Assembly (NCBI RefSeq): GCF_006345805.1
Contig: NC_043001.1
Span: 66,464,001 to 66,528,000, forward strand
DNA: 64,000 nt
Origin: Octopus sinensis
Lineage: Eukaryota
Direction of reading: 5' to 3'
Positions within the stretch are counted from its first letter, which is position 1; every line of letters starts with the position of its first letter. The notes beneath the pieces were generated by a model. It worked only from the letters and a program-made list of their open reading frames with translations, was not told where the DNA came from and searched no databases. Made by a program: the position numbers and the translations under genes. Of the stretch, positions 22,638-36,179 are shown piece by piece.

Positions 22638-25457
22638 ATCATCATCATCATCATCATCATCGTTTAACGTCCGTTTTCCGCGCTAGAACGGGTTGGACGG
22701 TTCGACCGGGGTCTGGGGAGCCAGGGGCTGCCCCAGGCTCCAGTCTGGTCAGGCAGTGTTTCTACAGCTGGATGCCCTTCCTAACGCCAACCACTCCGCG
22801 AGTGTAGTGGGTGCTTTTTACGTGCCACCTGCACAGGTGCCAGAGGGGTCTGGCATCGGCCACGATTGGTTGGTGCTTTTTTATGTGCTACCGGCACAGA
22901 AGCCAGTCAAGGCGGTGCTGGCATCGGCCACGTTCGGATGGTGCTTTTTTATGTGCCACCGGCACAGAAGCCATTCGGGGCAGGGTTGGCATCGGTCACG
23001 TTCGGATGGTGCTTTTTATGTGCCACCGGCACAGAAGCCAGTGGAGGCTGCACTGGCAACGGCCACGTTCGGATGGTGCTGGCGGGGTTGGCAACGGTCA
23101 CGTTCGGATGGAGCTTTTTATGTGCCACCGGCACAGAATCCAGTGGAGGCTGCACTGGCAACGGCCACGTTCGGATGGAGCTTTTTATGTGCCACCGGAA
23201 CAGAAGCCAGTGGAGGCTGCACTGGCAACGGCCACGTTCGGATGGTGCTTTTTATGTGTCACCGGCACAGGTATCACAACTACTACTGTTTCCATTGATA
23301 TTGGTTCGATTCTCATGTACATGTACATGCACTTGACTCAACAGGTCTCCTCATGCACAGTGAGATGTTCCAGTACAAGCACTTGACTCACCAGGTCTCC
23401 TCAAGCACAGCGAGATGTTCCAGGATCCCACGATCGGTTGGTGTGTGCCACCGGCACAGAAGCCATTTGAGGCGTTGTGTCACCGGCACAGGTATCACAA
23501 CTACAACTGTTTCCATTGATATTTGGTTCGATTCTCATGTACCTGTACATGCACTTGACTCAACAGGTCTCCTCAAGCACAGCGAGATGTTCCGGGATCC
23601 CACGATCGGTTGGTGCTTTTTATGTGCCACCGGCACAGAAGCCAGTGGAGGCTGCACTGGCAACGGCCACGTTCGGATGGTGCTGGCGGGGTTGGCATCG
23701 GTCACGTTCGGATGGAGCTTTTTATGTGCCACCAGCACAGAAGCCAGTGGAGGCTGCACTGGCAACGGCCACGTTCGGATGGTGCTTTTTATGTGTCACC
23801 GGCACAGGTATCACAACTACTACTGTTTCCATTGATATTTGTTTCGATTCTCGTGTACATGCACTTGACTCAACAGGTCTCCTCATGCACAGCGAGATGT
23901 TCCGGGATCCCACGATTGGTTGGTGCTTTTTATGTGCCACTGGCACAGAAGCCAGTGGAGGCTGCACTGGCAACGGCCACGTTCGGATGGTGCTTTATAT
24001 GTGTCACCGGCACAGGTATCACAACTACTGTTTCCATTGATATTTGGTTCGATGTTCATGTGCCACCGGCACAGAAGCCATTCGAGGCGGAGTTGGCATC
24101 GGTCACGGTCGGATGGTGCTTTTTATGTGCCACCGGCACAGGAGCCAGGGGAGGCTGCACTGGCAACGGCAACGGCCACGTTCGGATGGTGCTTTTTATG
24201 TGTCCCCGGCACAGGAATCAACAACTGTTTCCATTGATATTTGATTCGATGTTCATGTGTCGATGTTCATGTATATGTATATGTATATGTATATGCACTT
24301 GACTCAACAGGTCTCCTCAAGCACAGCGAGATGTTCCGGGATCCAGGGTACTTTGGATGGGCAGGGGGTATGCTGAACTGGTGCCAGAAGCATCTCGGGT
24401 CTTAGTAGTCACAGCACATCTCCAGAGATCTCGGTCCTTCGCCATTGCCTCAGTGAGGCCCAACGCTCTGAGGTCATGCTTGACTACCTCATCCCATGTC
24501 TTCCTGGGTCTACCTCTCCCCCTGATTCCTTCAACTGTTCGGGAGTGGCACTTCTTCACACATCTCTCCTCATCCATCCGCAGTACATGACCATACCATC
24601 GCAAGCGTCGCTCTTGCACACCGCATCTGATGCTTCTTATGCCTAGCATTTCTCTCAGGGTGCTTACACTGTGTCGTGCATTCACACTGACATTACACAT
24701 CCAGCAGATCATGCTAGCTTCATTTCTTTCAAGTCTACGCATGTCCTCTGCAGTCACGGCCCATGATTCACTGCCGTGAAGCATGGCGGTTCGCACACAT
24801 GCATCATACAATCTACCTTTCACTCTGAGTGAGAGACCCTTTGTCGCCAGTAGGGGTTTCTAAACTTTACCCAGGCTATTCGTATTCTAGTGGTGACACT
24901 CTCTGTGCATCCACCCCCACTACTAACTTGGTTACCCAGGTAGCGGAAACTATCAACTACTTCTAGTTTCTCCCCCTGGAGTGTGATGGAATCTGTTTTT
25001 TTAGTGTCTGTGGTGTCTATTGTCCCTATGCATCTGCCGCACATGAAAGCTATCTTATCAGTTAATTTCCCTTTGATGTTGCTGCACCTCTTATGCGTCC
25101 ATAGCTTACACTGGGTGCATCTTATGGAGTTTCTACCTACACCTTTCTTACAGCTCGAGCAGGGCCACCTGCCCAATGGGGTGTGTGCTGAGTTCGCCTT
25201 TCTGCATACTATAACTTTGGTCTTCGCTACATTTACTCTAAGGCCCTTAGATTCTAACCCTTGTTTCCACACCCGAAATTTCTTTTTTAGTTCCGGTAGT
25301 GATTCTGCTATGAGGGCCAGGTCATCAGCATAGAGGAGCTCCCAGGGGCAACCTGTTTTGAATTCTTCTGCTATTGCCTGGAGGACTATGATGAATAAAA
25401 GGGGACTGAGGGCCGAGCCCTGGTGTACCTCTACTTCAACCCGAAATTCTTCTCTTT
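22638..25457 (-). mobile_element. 5'-truncated RTE LINE with greatly expanded 3' UTR
   Basis: From VHQGSALSPLLFIIVLQAI (25.4 kb) and LYADDL, through a PHD-like Cys cluster (25030-25161) and ORF 24317-24823, to a (GAT)n tail at 22638-22661. Confidence 0.95.
22810..24310 (-). repeat. Higher-order minisatellite array in RTE 3' UTR
   Basis: ~65-bp unit TTTTATGTGCCACCGGCACAGAAGCCAGTGGAGGCTGCACTGGCAACGGCCACGTTCGGATGGTGC, interleaved with a ~35-bp unit and with repeats of the post-stop block (CAGGTATCACAACTAC...GCACTTGACTCAACAGGTCTCC). Confidence 0.92.
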
Positions 25458-25966
25458 AAATTATGAGTGAAATTACTAATTAGTCTTCCTATCCATTACA
25501 GACAGCTTTACCATAAGTCATTTGTGAGTTAGTTACAGCAGCTTGAATTAAGGATAAATCCAAATTGTTCTCATTCTTTATTTTTTTCATTCTATATATG
25601 AGTGAATTTATAATATATTCTTCATGTTTGTCTATGGAGACTATTTCCTGAAGATATCTTGCATAACTGTTCCATAGTGTAAGAATTATTGAAACAATTG
25701 TAGGAATGAAGATATTGAGATATCACTGATACTGTTTCCTGTTAGTTTTTATACTATCTATCTATCTGTCTGTCTGTTTCAAATGAAATATTTAAAAAGA
25801 TTTATTTAAATAACTTCTGTACATATGTTTCCTTAATTGATATTTAATAAATATTTAAAAAAATATATATCTATCTTTCATCAGCATTGAATTCTAAAAT
25901 GTGTAAAATTAAGAAAAATATAGGATTCATTATTACAAGCTGATAAACACAAACCATATGTGTACA

Positions 25967-26090
<124 letters not shown>

Positions 26091-28425
26091 ATATGGTATG
26101 TATATCTGTCCATCTATCTGTCTTTCTATTTATTTTAATGTGTATATATCTCTATATTTGTACTGAACTTGTGTATATATGTATGCATATGTATGTATAT
26201 ACATATGCATACATCATCATTATCATCATTTAACATACACCATTGTTTGGATCGAGGTGTCTACAATCTGCTTTGGGATGGTTTCTATGGCTGGATGCCC
26301 TTCCTAATGCCAACCACAGAGTGTTCTGGGTGCTTTTTACATGGTACCAACATGAGAGAAGCCGCCAAGTAATTTGCAGGACAAGACCTTTCAACTGAGG
26401 TGGAGAGAGTAATGTTGAGGAACAGAAATAGGTGTCTTGCAGTAGAGGAGAAACAGTGCTACTTTGGGTAGAAAGAGAGAGATAAGATGGTGAAGTTATG
26501 ATGGGTGTACACCCAAGTTACAGGGGAGGGTATATAATGAAGTGTGTTGGGGATTGGAGAGGATGAGTGGGTGGGTAAGTTTGTGAGATTTTGAAAGGTG
26601 AGTGGGAGATGGAGGGGGGAGGTAATGGACTGGATGGGAACATGTGGTGGGTGGATATTGAGAGGATGTGCTGCAGGGAAGAGATTCCACAGGAACGTAT
26701 TGTGTGTAGAAAGATTCGTGAAAGAGAGTGGGGGATTGATGGGATGGGAATACAGCAGGTGGTGAGTATGGGTGGGGGGAAGGAGGAGGTGTTAGGGAGA
26801 GGTCTGTCAGGGACAGATTGCGAGCAGATAAAGGATTATGGAATAAAAGACATGCCTTTATGGTCTCAACTTTTATACAGTTGAGCAAGAATCCTTAGAT
26901 TCAGTTTCGAATCTCAGCTCGGAATAAGAAGTGTTCGTCTTACTTTGCAAAATTTTTTTATCCTACTTCCCACCCCTTGATTTATTTAGCAAATTTTTCT
27001 ATTGTAGCTCACTAGCAATAGACTAGTGTTGTACCCAGGGTAAATTTCTATACTGTTACTTAACATTACAGAATCATCAGATCAAACATTTGTTGTGAGA
27101 GGAATATACAATATTCAACAACCGAGTTCACTGCAGTGAACTCAGTCTGTTGAAATGATAAACTAAACAGTCACCATAAAGAAGGTGGCCTAAATAGAAA
27201 TGGTCCTGTTCTGTCTCTTGAAATTCAAACCTTGCAAGAGACATTACGTTTAGCACTGACCATTACATTGGGTCTTGACCATTATATTTTGCACAACCAT
27301 TATATTTATCACTGATTATTACATTTATCACTGAACCATCACATTTAACACTGACTATTTTACTGCTTACTTCTTTGTGTTATGAACTGTCTATTAGGTT
27401 CCCATAAAATAATGAAAAGCAGACAAGAAACAAGTCTCCAATTAGTCATGATGCAAGTTAATTATAGCTAATGTGGTCCCTGTTTTTAATACTCAGTACT
27501 TAACTCTGGTCCTTTTCTATAATAGTCATCTTCTTCCATGCAGATATGGATTATTGAATGAAATATATTCAAGACTACAATGAATTGGTTTTTTACTCAT
27601 GACTCATCAGTTTGACCAGCTACCTTAATCTATCTTCAGCTAGAGCTTCACAAACAAGCAATAAGGTTTCTGTAACTCTGATTCATAAGTGATGCAGGCA
27701 TAGCTTTGTGGTTAAAAAGTTCTCTTCCAAGCTCTCTGATTCCATGTTTGATCCCACTGAACAGTACCTGGAGCTGGTTTCTTCTGCCTTAATCATGGGT
27801 CAGTCCAAGACTATTGGGAAAATTGGTTTGGTGGAAATAGCCTGGAAGCTTGTTGGGTGTTCTGAAGCTGTTTTTGATTGGATTATATATTTTGCCTTGT
27901 TTAACATCACTCACAGGCATATTGGTACTTTTAGTAAAGCCCACACTGTGGCTGCACCATATTGGACTAGGTGGTCTTTGGTTCTTTCCTTCCCTTCTCC
28001 CACCATTCTTATGATTGCTGCCTTTCTACTTCCAGTTGAATGATAAATTTTTTTCTGAATGGATACAGAACTGTAGAAAACATATTGCAAAGTTTGAGAA
28101 TTCTCCAACTTTCTTCAACTATGGTAAAATAAAATTATATAAGTATGAGACCTTTAGGGGAAAAAAAGCATCAACGTTTGTTTATTGAATTTTAACTCTA
28201 TATCATGTTGAAGATGAAACTGTATTAATAAATGTGTTGACAAATAGTGAAGTTGTGATAAAAATCAGATAAATAGAAAATCATTAAACACTAGTTTCCT
28301 TTTTGAAGATTCCAAACAAGCAATAGCTGTTTAGGAAGAACTATAAATAACTGATACCATGGAAAGTTAAAAGTGCTTTCATATAGCAAATCATTACAGA
28401 CATTTTATATACATGAATATATAAA

Positions 28426-28458
28426 TGTGTGTGTGTATGTGAGAGAGAGAGAGAGAGA

Positions 28459-28537
<79 letters not shown>

Positions 28538-28548
28538 TGTGTGTGTGT

Positions 28549-28589
<41 letters not shown>

Positions 28590-28590
28590 G
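28426..28590. repeat. Compound (GT)n/(GA)n microsatellite
   Basis: Alternating GT and GA blocks, directly visible. Confidence 0.97.
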
Positions 28591-30160
28591 AGTATATGTC
28601 TATGTGCCCATGTGCATGTGCTTGTATATACATTAAATATATTTTCTTTCTTGTTGTATATATAAATTTCTGAACCATTCCATACTGTACTACATTTTCT
28701 ATTAAGACAACGCTGTGTAATATAGACTAATATTTCACTGTCTGATATCATCTGATCAGGTTCAATCAATAATAATAATAATAATAATAATAAATCTACC
28801 AGAGTTGATGTTGATGGTGGAGAGAGACGATGGTGGTGTTGGTGATTGTGGTGGTGGCAGTATCAGACATAGTGTATCTAGGACAATTTTATTCACAACG
28901 CTCTTCCTTGTAGAGTGTGATATGAGGAAGATTTGGTTGTTATTTCAAGCAATTTCATTGCTGACTGTTGATGACCTTTGTTGGTTTAAATCAATTTAAA
29001 CTATATTTTAAACTGGGTTATTTTGTTGGAAATGTCAAGCATTGCTGTTTATTGGGAAATAATGTCTGCGCAGCAACATATACATATATAACAGATAGAA
29101 ACAAACATATATTCTGACAGACAGACATACATGCACACACTGTGTATCAATATAAGGAGTCTGTTTGTGGTTACCTTGCTAGGAATAGCAGCCATATTTC
29201 CCACAAATCTCATTCGGTGACATTGAGAATGAAAGGACATGTTTGGTTGTATTTGTACCTGGTATACAAAAATACGGACTGGTCATAGTTGGAACACCTT
29301 TGATTAAAGAAGATCTGGGCTGAACAATGTCAATAACAACAGCATCAATCAAAATGACTAAAATACCAACAACAAAAAATAGTACTAAAAACAACTTCTG
29401 CAACAATTACAACAGCAACAATCAAATAAAGCAAGATTAAACTCCCAATATTCTAAGTGTTGAACTTGTTATTTACTACTCTAGAGTTGTTATTGTTTAA
29501 CCCTACATCAGCCCTGATTAAATATTCCAACCATGACTATCTCCACTTTTCTGCACATAGCTATATCTAAGACAACATTATGTAATGTATTTTCTTCCCC
29601 ACTTTTTTTAAGACAGTTATGTGTGATATTAAGGAGATCTCACAGTTGTTTCTAGCAAAGTCACCCATGAAGAAGCTTCCTTGTGTAGAAATGGAACCAC
29701 TTTCTTGAGTCATTAATGTCTATTTTGTTGTTAAGATTGTTCCAGTTCTTGGTAAGATGAAGATTAATTCCCTAACAACAGGAACACATTGACTATACTG
29801 ATTTGTTATCAAGGCAACACGGCCACAGATTATAGTCAAAAAAGGAATAAGACTATGTGATGACATTTAGGCCTTTCTTAGTCGTAAATGAAGTGAATTA
29901 GCTTCAACTTGAAACTGAAATTGGTTCACAGGTTTAGTTTGTTGAAAGTTTATTTATAGCTCTATGATTTCATACAAGGAAGGAAGGAAAGAATAAAAAG
30001 ATGAAGGCATGAAAGAATGACTGTCTCAGTTGACTTTATTATCATGATTTCTAACTTTGGTTCAAGGCTCAACATTTAGGGCTCTGGATATAACCAATTA
30101 GATAGTTCCCAATAATCAACTGGTGTTTTATATTTTATTGACCCTGGAAACATGGAAGGC

Positions 30161-33100
30161 TGTTATATCGCATGTTTGGATGGTGTGCCTTTGCCAATAA
30201 CATACCTCTACTCAACTACTGAATTCTCACTTCCAACAACTCGTCTGAACAGAACTCGACATCTAGTCTACTGATGGCTCTGGCTCACTCTACGCAACGC
30301 TTCTACAACTAGCTATCACATCCACTATCTCTACATATTAAACTAGCCTACTTATCGTCTGGGGGCATCCACACAACACCTCCCCCTTTTGAGAGGGTTT
30401 TTTTTCTGAACTTGAATTTATCAATTTTATTTCCTTGGTGAGAAACTGGCATACCTTTTTCTCTTAGTATTAATTTCCATCATTTCTGTAAGTTTTCTCT
30501 TCCTGTTTGACCTACATGTTGGTTCTGCTTCTGCTTGTGGTTCTGGGACCTCGAACAAATCATACCATATGTCCATTGGTTCCTCTCGCCTCTCTTAATT
30601 TTTGGTATATCTTTTTTTTAATTGGTTTATATGCCTTCTGTGTTCATATTTTGGTCCTTTTACCATGTACATCACGTTACCTAGACGTCCAGTTATACTT
30701 CCTTGTTTCCAGTCCTGTTTTCCGTTACTATATATTTTAAAATACACTTTGTCACCTGTATTAAAAAATTTCGTTCTTCTTCCTGAATTTTATATTTTCT
30801 GCTTCCTACTCAGCAACAATTTATCAAAAGTAGAATGAATTTTTCTGGAAAACATTAAATCTGTGGGTGACCTACCCAACTCTGCATTTGGATTCAGTGT
30901 TATTCTAAACACCAGCAAAAACTTTGTCATCCTTGTATCTTCAAGGGTTTCCTGCCTGGTCTTTCTTAAAGCTCTCTTGAATGTGTCGATGAATCTTTCC
31001 ACTAACCCATTTGACCTTGGATGATATAGCAGAGTTAAAACATGCTTTATTTGAACCGACTTACAGAATCTTTCAAACTCCTTCGCTGTGAATTGTACAA
31101 TCTGTCACAATTGTATCTGACACCCCATAACGAGCAAATAATTCTTCCAAGAAGTCAATCGTCACATTTGTGGTTGGCCTTGAACATTTACACACTTCAG
31201 GCCATTTGGAATAGCTATCCACCATGATGATATAATGAGAGCCATTTATTGGTCCTGCGAAATCCACATGCAGTCTTGACCATGCCAAATCCATTTTTGG
31301 CCACGGTTGAATCTGCACTCGGGGCACCTTTGCTGCCATAGTGCATCCCCTACACTGTTTTACCAGTCTCTCAATTTGCTTGTCCATATTTGGCCAAAAA
31401 CGTAACTCCTCATGAGGCTCTTCATCCGAACAATCCCTGGACATCCTAAATGGGAGTCTTTTAATACTCTGTATTGCAGCGCTTCATGTATTACCACACT
31501 TTGTGCATATAATAATACCTTATCGCATACTGAATAGTGCTTTGAACTTGCGTCCTGCTCATTTATATTTTTTGTGTTACTCAACATTTTTTTAATCTTG
31601 TTTATGAACCTATCTTTTCCTGATTCCAATTTAATTTGTTCCAGCGTTACCAGCAGATCATGTACTACATTGCACAAAATGTTCTTCAGTTCCATTTCTA
31701 GTTTTAATGATACAATCACCATGTCTTCAAAAGGTTCCTCATATTTTGGAATTAGCCTAGACAACTCATCAGTGTGTCCCATTTTCATTGATGGTAAAAA
31801 CTCCAGCTGGAAATCATAGTTCAACAGGATAGTCCCCCCAGTGCTGTAAGTGGTTTGCTGAGTGTGTGGGGATACCCTTTTATGAACCGAAAATAGACAG
31901 TAATGGTCGATGATCTGTTGCGAAGATTAATGATAATGCCTCTTTTTCAATCTGGCTGTAGTTTCTTTCCACTGGTAATAAAACTCTCGATGCATGTGCA
32001 ATAGCTTTGATTTTACCATCATTAAATTTATGCAATATCACAGCTCCTATTCCATATTCACCGGCATCCAATGCCACAATTATTTTCAGGTTTGGGTCGA
32101 AATGAGTTAATGATAACTCTGATGTTAACTGCTTTTTTAATTCCTCGAATGCTTTCTGACATTCATTTGTCCAATCCCATTTCAAGTCCTTCTTTAGCAA
32201 CTTGTTCATACATTTTAGGTATGTACAACTTACCAGACCTAAAAATGCTTGTAGTGTTGTTTTGTTAGTGGGAGCAGGCATTTATTTTATTGCATCGATC
32301 CTAGAAGGGTCCAGTTTTTATCCCTTTTCATTGATCACCTGTCCTAAGTACTTTATTTTTGTCAAGAAAATTCACATTTATCCTCCTTTACTTTAAACCC
32401 ATAATCACATGTTCATTTGGAAACCTCTTCTATATGTTCAATATGTTGGTCCCTCGATTCACTTTTGATCAACATGTCATCTAAGTATGGGACTACGAAC
32501 TCACAATCTGCTAGCATAGTATCCATCACTTGCTGAAATATTGCTGGTGCAACATTAATCCCAAATGGCAGTCTTTTGAAATGGTAGAGACCTTTATGAG
32601 TATTGATTGTTAATACTTTAGCACATTCTTCATCTACCAGTAATTGGAGGTAGGCCTCTGACAAATCCAACTTGGAAAAAATTTTCCCACCATTTCTTAT
32701 GGGTTTGGAAGCGGATAATTGTAATTTTTTAAGCAATCATTAAGACCAGTTGAGAAGTCCACACATATTCTTATTTCATTGTTCTTCTTTTTCATATATA
32801 CTGTAGGAGCCACCCACATTTTTAATTACCTCCATGTCTTCCAATCTTTTTAATTCCTTCTCAACTTGATTTAATGCCACAAAAGGTACATTCCATTTCG
32901 GTTTGAACACCTGCACCGCATTTTCTTTCAGCTCAAACTTTACTTTGATTTTTTTACACGTACCGGGTTCTTTCAAAAACACATCAGGGTACATCTTTTT
33001 CAATTTTAATTTCAATTTTTCCGATGCTTTCTCCGACATGGACTATGACACATTCACCTTATTACATAGTGTATCCAGTGGTAGATCCTACAGGTCGAAT

Positions 33101-34467
33101 TCTTCCATTAAATCTGTCCCGAATAGATTCATTGTATTCTTAGATACCATTAGTTTACTTTTCCGTGTCATGTTTTTAAGTTTTATTTCTGGTGAAATTT
33201 CGCCCAAGAATTGAACTTGTTCCCCTGACACACCATGAGCTATCCTAGTAGTTTTTTATCCACCGGCCTGCCTATCTTACTCCATGTTGCCATATTTATT
33301 ATCAATACATCTGAACCGGTATCTAATTGCATTTTGGTCTGAAACCCATTTATTTCTACCAACACAAATTTTCAATTTACTTTCTTCACTTTTACAATTT
33401 TCTTCAACCGGCATTTCATCTGTATATGCCCAATTTTACCACACTTAAAATATGTTTTATCTTTGAAGGGGCAATCTTTCCTCAAATGTCAGTCTCCACA
33501 ACCATAGCACCATTTTGAATTTATATATTTTCTATCTGTACTTTCTTTACACATTTGTACATTCTTATTATTGTCTTCTATTTTTCTTGTATCATCTTGA
33601 AAGTTTATTATTTGTTGGCATTCCTCAGCCACTTTCTGCATCTTGATTCAGCTTTGATAATATTCTTTTTCTAATTTCTGCGTCTTCCATTGCCACCAGC
33701 CCTTTAATGAATATTAGGCACTTGAACTTATCTGGCATTAATTCTTTCAGCTTAAACCTTTTGCAAGCCTTATTAACCATATGTTACAAAATCGTCAGAC
33801 TCATTTTTTTTAAATTTAAATATTCCCACTGAATGTTAAACTGTGAACTTTACTTGCTAAAGATATTAGTCAAAATATTTATTGTTTCATCAAAACAATT
33901 CCGCAGGCTTTCTTGGCAAAATAAAGTTACAAAAATATTCATGTTCCAGAGGGACAAGCTTTTGCAAAAGAAGTCTTACCTTCCTTTTACTACACCATCC
34001 CTTGCATTCCTCTCGGAATATCTCTTCGTATTGTCTGTAATATGCAGTAAAAGTAATTCCTTCATCCAGTTTGTAGTGAAATTCTTCAATGGAATTTGCA
34101 ACACCATCCACTGAAAATGATTGTCGTATTTCTCGACTGCAGTAACAATTCTGTTAATATCTGTAGTTAATTCTGTTGCTGCTCTTGTTGTTAGACAACT
34201 GTTTTCAGTAACCCTTCCATTTCAGTACTATTCGAAACTTCGTTGCCACTGTTATATCGCACATTCATATGGCATGCCTTCAACAATAATGTACTTCTAC
34301 TCAACTATCGAGCTCTCACTTCTGACAACTCAACTCAACAGAACTCAATATCTAGTCTACCAACGGCTCCAGCTCACTCTACGCAATACTTCTACGACTA
34401 GCTATCACATCCACTATTTATACGTATTGGATGAGCCTACTTACTGTCTGGGAGTATCCACACAACA
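30161..34467 (-). mobile_element. Full-length decayed Ty3/Gypsy LTR retrotransposon (Mag/K02A2.6-like)
   Basis: 218-bp LTRs TG...CA at 30161-30378 and 34250-34467, 5-bp TSD AAGGC on both sides, PBS TGGCAACGAAG beside the 5' LTR and PPT AAAAGGGGGAGG beside the 3' LTR. Domain order gag-PR-RT-RH-IN. Confidence 0.96.
30780..34115 (-). pseudogene. Gypsy gag-pol remnant
   Basis: gag NSIEEFHY...FTAYYRQYEEIF, protease MQLDTGSD (~33320), RT FSKLDLSEAYLQ...RLPFGINVAPAIFQ...YLDDMLI, RNase H DAGEYGIGAV...NYSQIEKEAL...TDHRPL, integrase HLGCPGIVRMKSL, C-x2-C and RLHVDFAGP. Heavily frameshifted. Confidence 0.93.
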
Positions 34468-34559
34468 AAGGCAAAACTGAGCTTGGTATAATTTAACCTC
34501 AGAAAAGAAAGAGGCATAACTAAATACTACCAGGCTTGGAAAAATTTGGTGAAAGCAAT

Positions 34560-34900
34560 GTAGTTGCCCTTGACACTATTGATCATGTCAGACAGACAAA
34601 TCTCTCGTTTTTTGATCTGATCATACCATCATTACATGTTTCAACAGAACAGTTTCTATCCTTCATTCTATGAATTGCAGTTTGCCCCAGGATTTGGTTT
34701 TGTCTCTTTATGTTCTTTCTTTTACACATCAATAACCTACAAACTGTTATGTGCAACAATTCCCACCCTCATGCAGATGATACTACCCTTCATTCTTCCC
34801 TAGCCTTCTCCAACACCAACAACTGAAACTTAGACACTACAAACCAAACCCATGCCACTGGTTCCAAGCTGCCCTAGACATATTTTAATATTAAAAATAT
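34560..34900 (+). mobile_element. Old LINE RT fragment
   Basis: PQDLVLSLYVLSLHINNL...HADDTTLHSS resembles the PQGSVL.P.LF.L.INDL...YADDTTL motifs. Confidence 0.55.
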
Positions 34901-36179
34901 ATTTGTGGAAGATTACATGACAAACTGCAGCTTTGTTCCAAAAATAATCAGAATTTAGCTGGAATTTTTCATAACACTTCCAGCTAACATTCTCTGTTAA
35001 ATGCAGACACCAACAATTTTCTCTAAACACACATGCTCATTTAATTTCAATTAACAATATTTGACTTACTTTCATTATAGTGTCAGGATATTTTACAGAA
35101 AGCTATTTGCATAGCCAATGTTATTTTTGTCATTTGTTACAGATGGGACTGGTCGCACTCCTCCACCTATAGTCACAGCAATGTTCAAATTCATTGCAGA
35201 TGTTCCCATTAAACAAACAAGTTATACATACGTGTGTGTGTGTGTGCATGTGGTGAGTAGTGTCTGTAGATGCATGTGTATATATATATATATATGAGTT
35301 AGTATTATATATGTGATATATATGTGTATATATATATATATATACATACACACACACATACATAAGTACATGCATACATGCATGCATACATACATACATA
35401 CATACATACATACATACATGTGTGTGTCTTAATCTCTTTCTCTCTTCGCCATTTCTCCCTCTCTTTCTTCACATATATAGATAGATAGATACTTATTATT
35501 ATATATATATATGTATGTGTGTGTGTGTAATTTTAATGTTAACTTGTCTTTTACTAAAAATAGAAGCTTTAAAAATTTTGCTTTTTGTATATTTTAGGTA
35601 ATTCTTTATCTTGCTGATTATAAAAACAATTTCCATGTTGACACTAGATTAATTCATGTGTTTGCCGGTTTTTTTCCATTTTGTTACATAATGAAGCAAA
35701 ATATCACATAAGTAATATTTATTTACAAAACTTATAAGGAACATATGTGTATGCTAGATGATTCACAGATATGGTCGATATTTTTATAAAATCACTTTAG
35801 TTATAATATGGGTGGTAAAGAAATATTTGTAAGTCGATGTGACCTCTCCTGCATGGTACCATTGTCATTCAGATCAACTAATGAGAAAAATGAAGCTCAA
35901 TCATACTAAACAGAGTACAACTGTTTCAATAATGCCTAGCATGGTTTCTATTGTGAAAGCAAAGTTCCCTATAATTTTTAGGGGTCAATGTGCACAGAAG
36001 TCTTATGTTTGTGCTATGTTTTCTCTAATAACAAAAGTATCTTCACTGTGAATGCATAAAATTATCACTAATGACATTATTTTAAGCAACTAACTTCTGT
36101 GCACTTGCTACATTTGTTGCATAACTTGTGCATACATTTCAGAGGAAATAGTACCCATAAGAAGCTTCATGGTACATCA

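Noticed and set aside
22810-24310. Repeat arrays here and at 4030-4460 and 39950-40250 as CRISPR arrays or as the long overlapping ORFs in the track
   Set aside because: No unique spacers and no cas genes; the units are degenerate tandem copies inside LINE 3' UTRs. The ORFs are open in many frames on both strands simply because the unit lacks stops.
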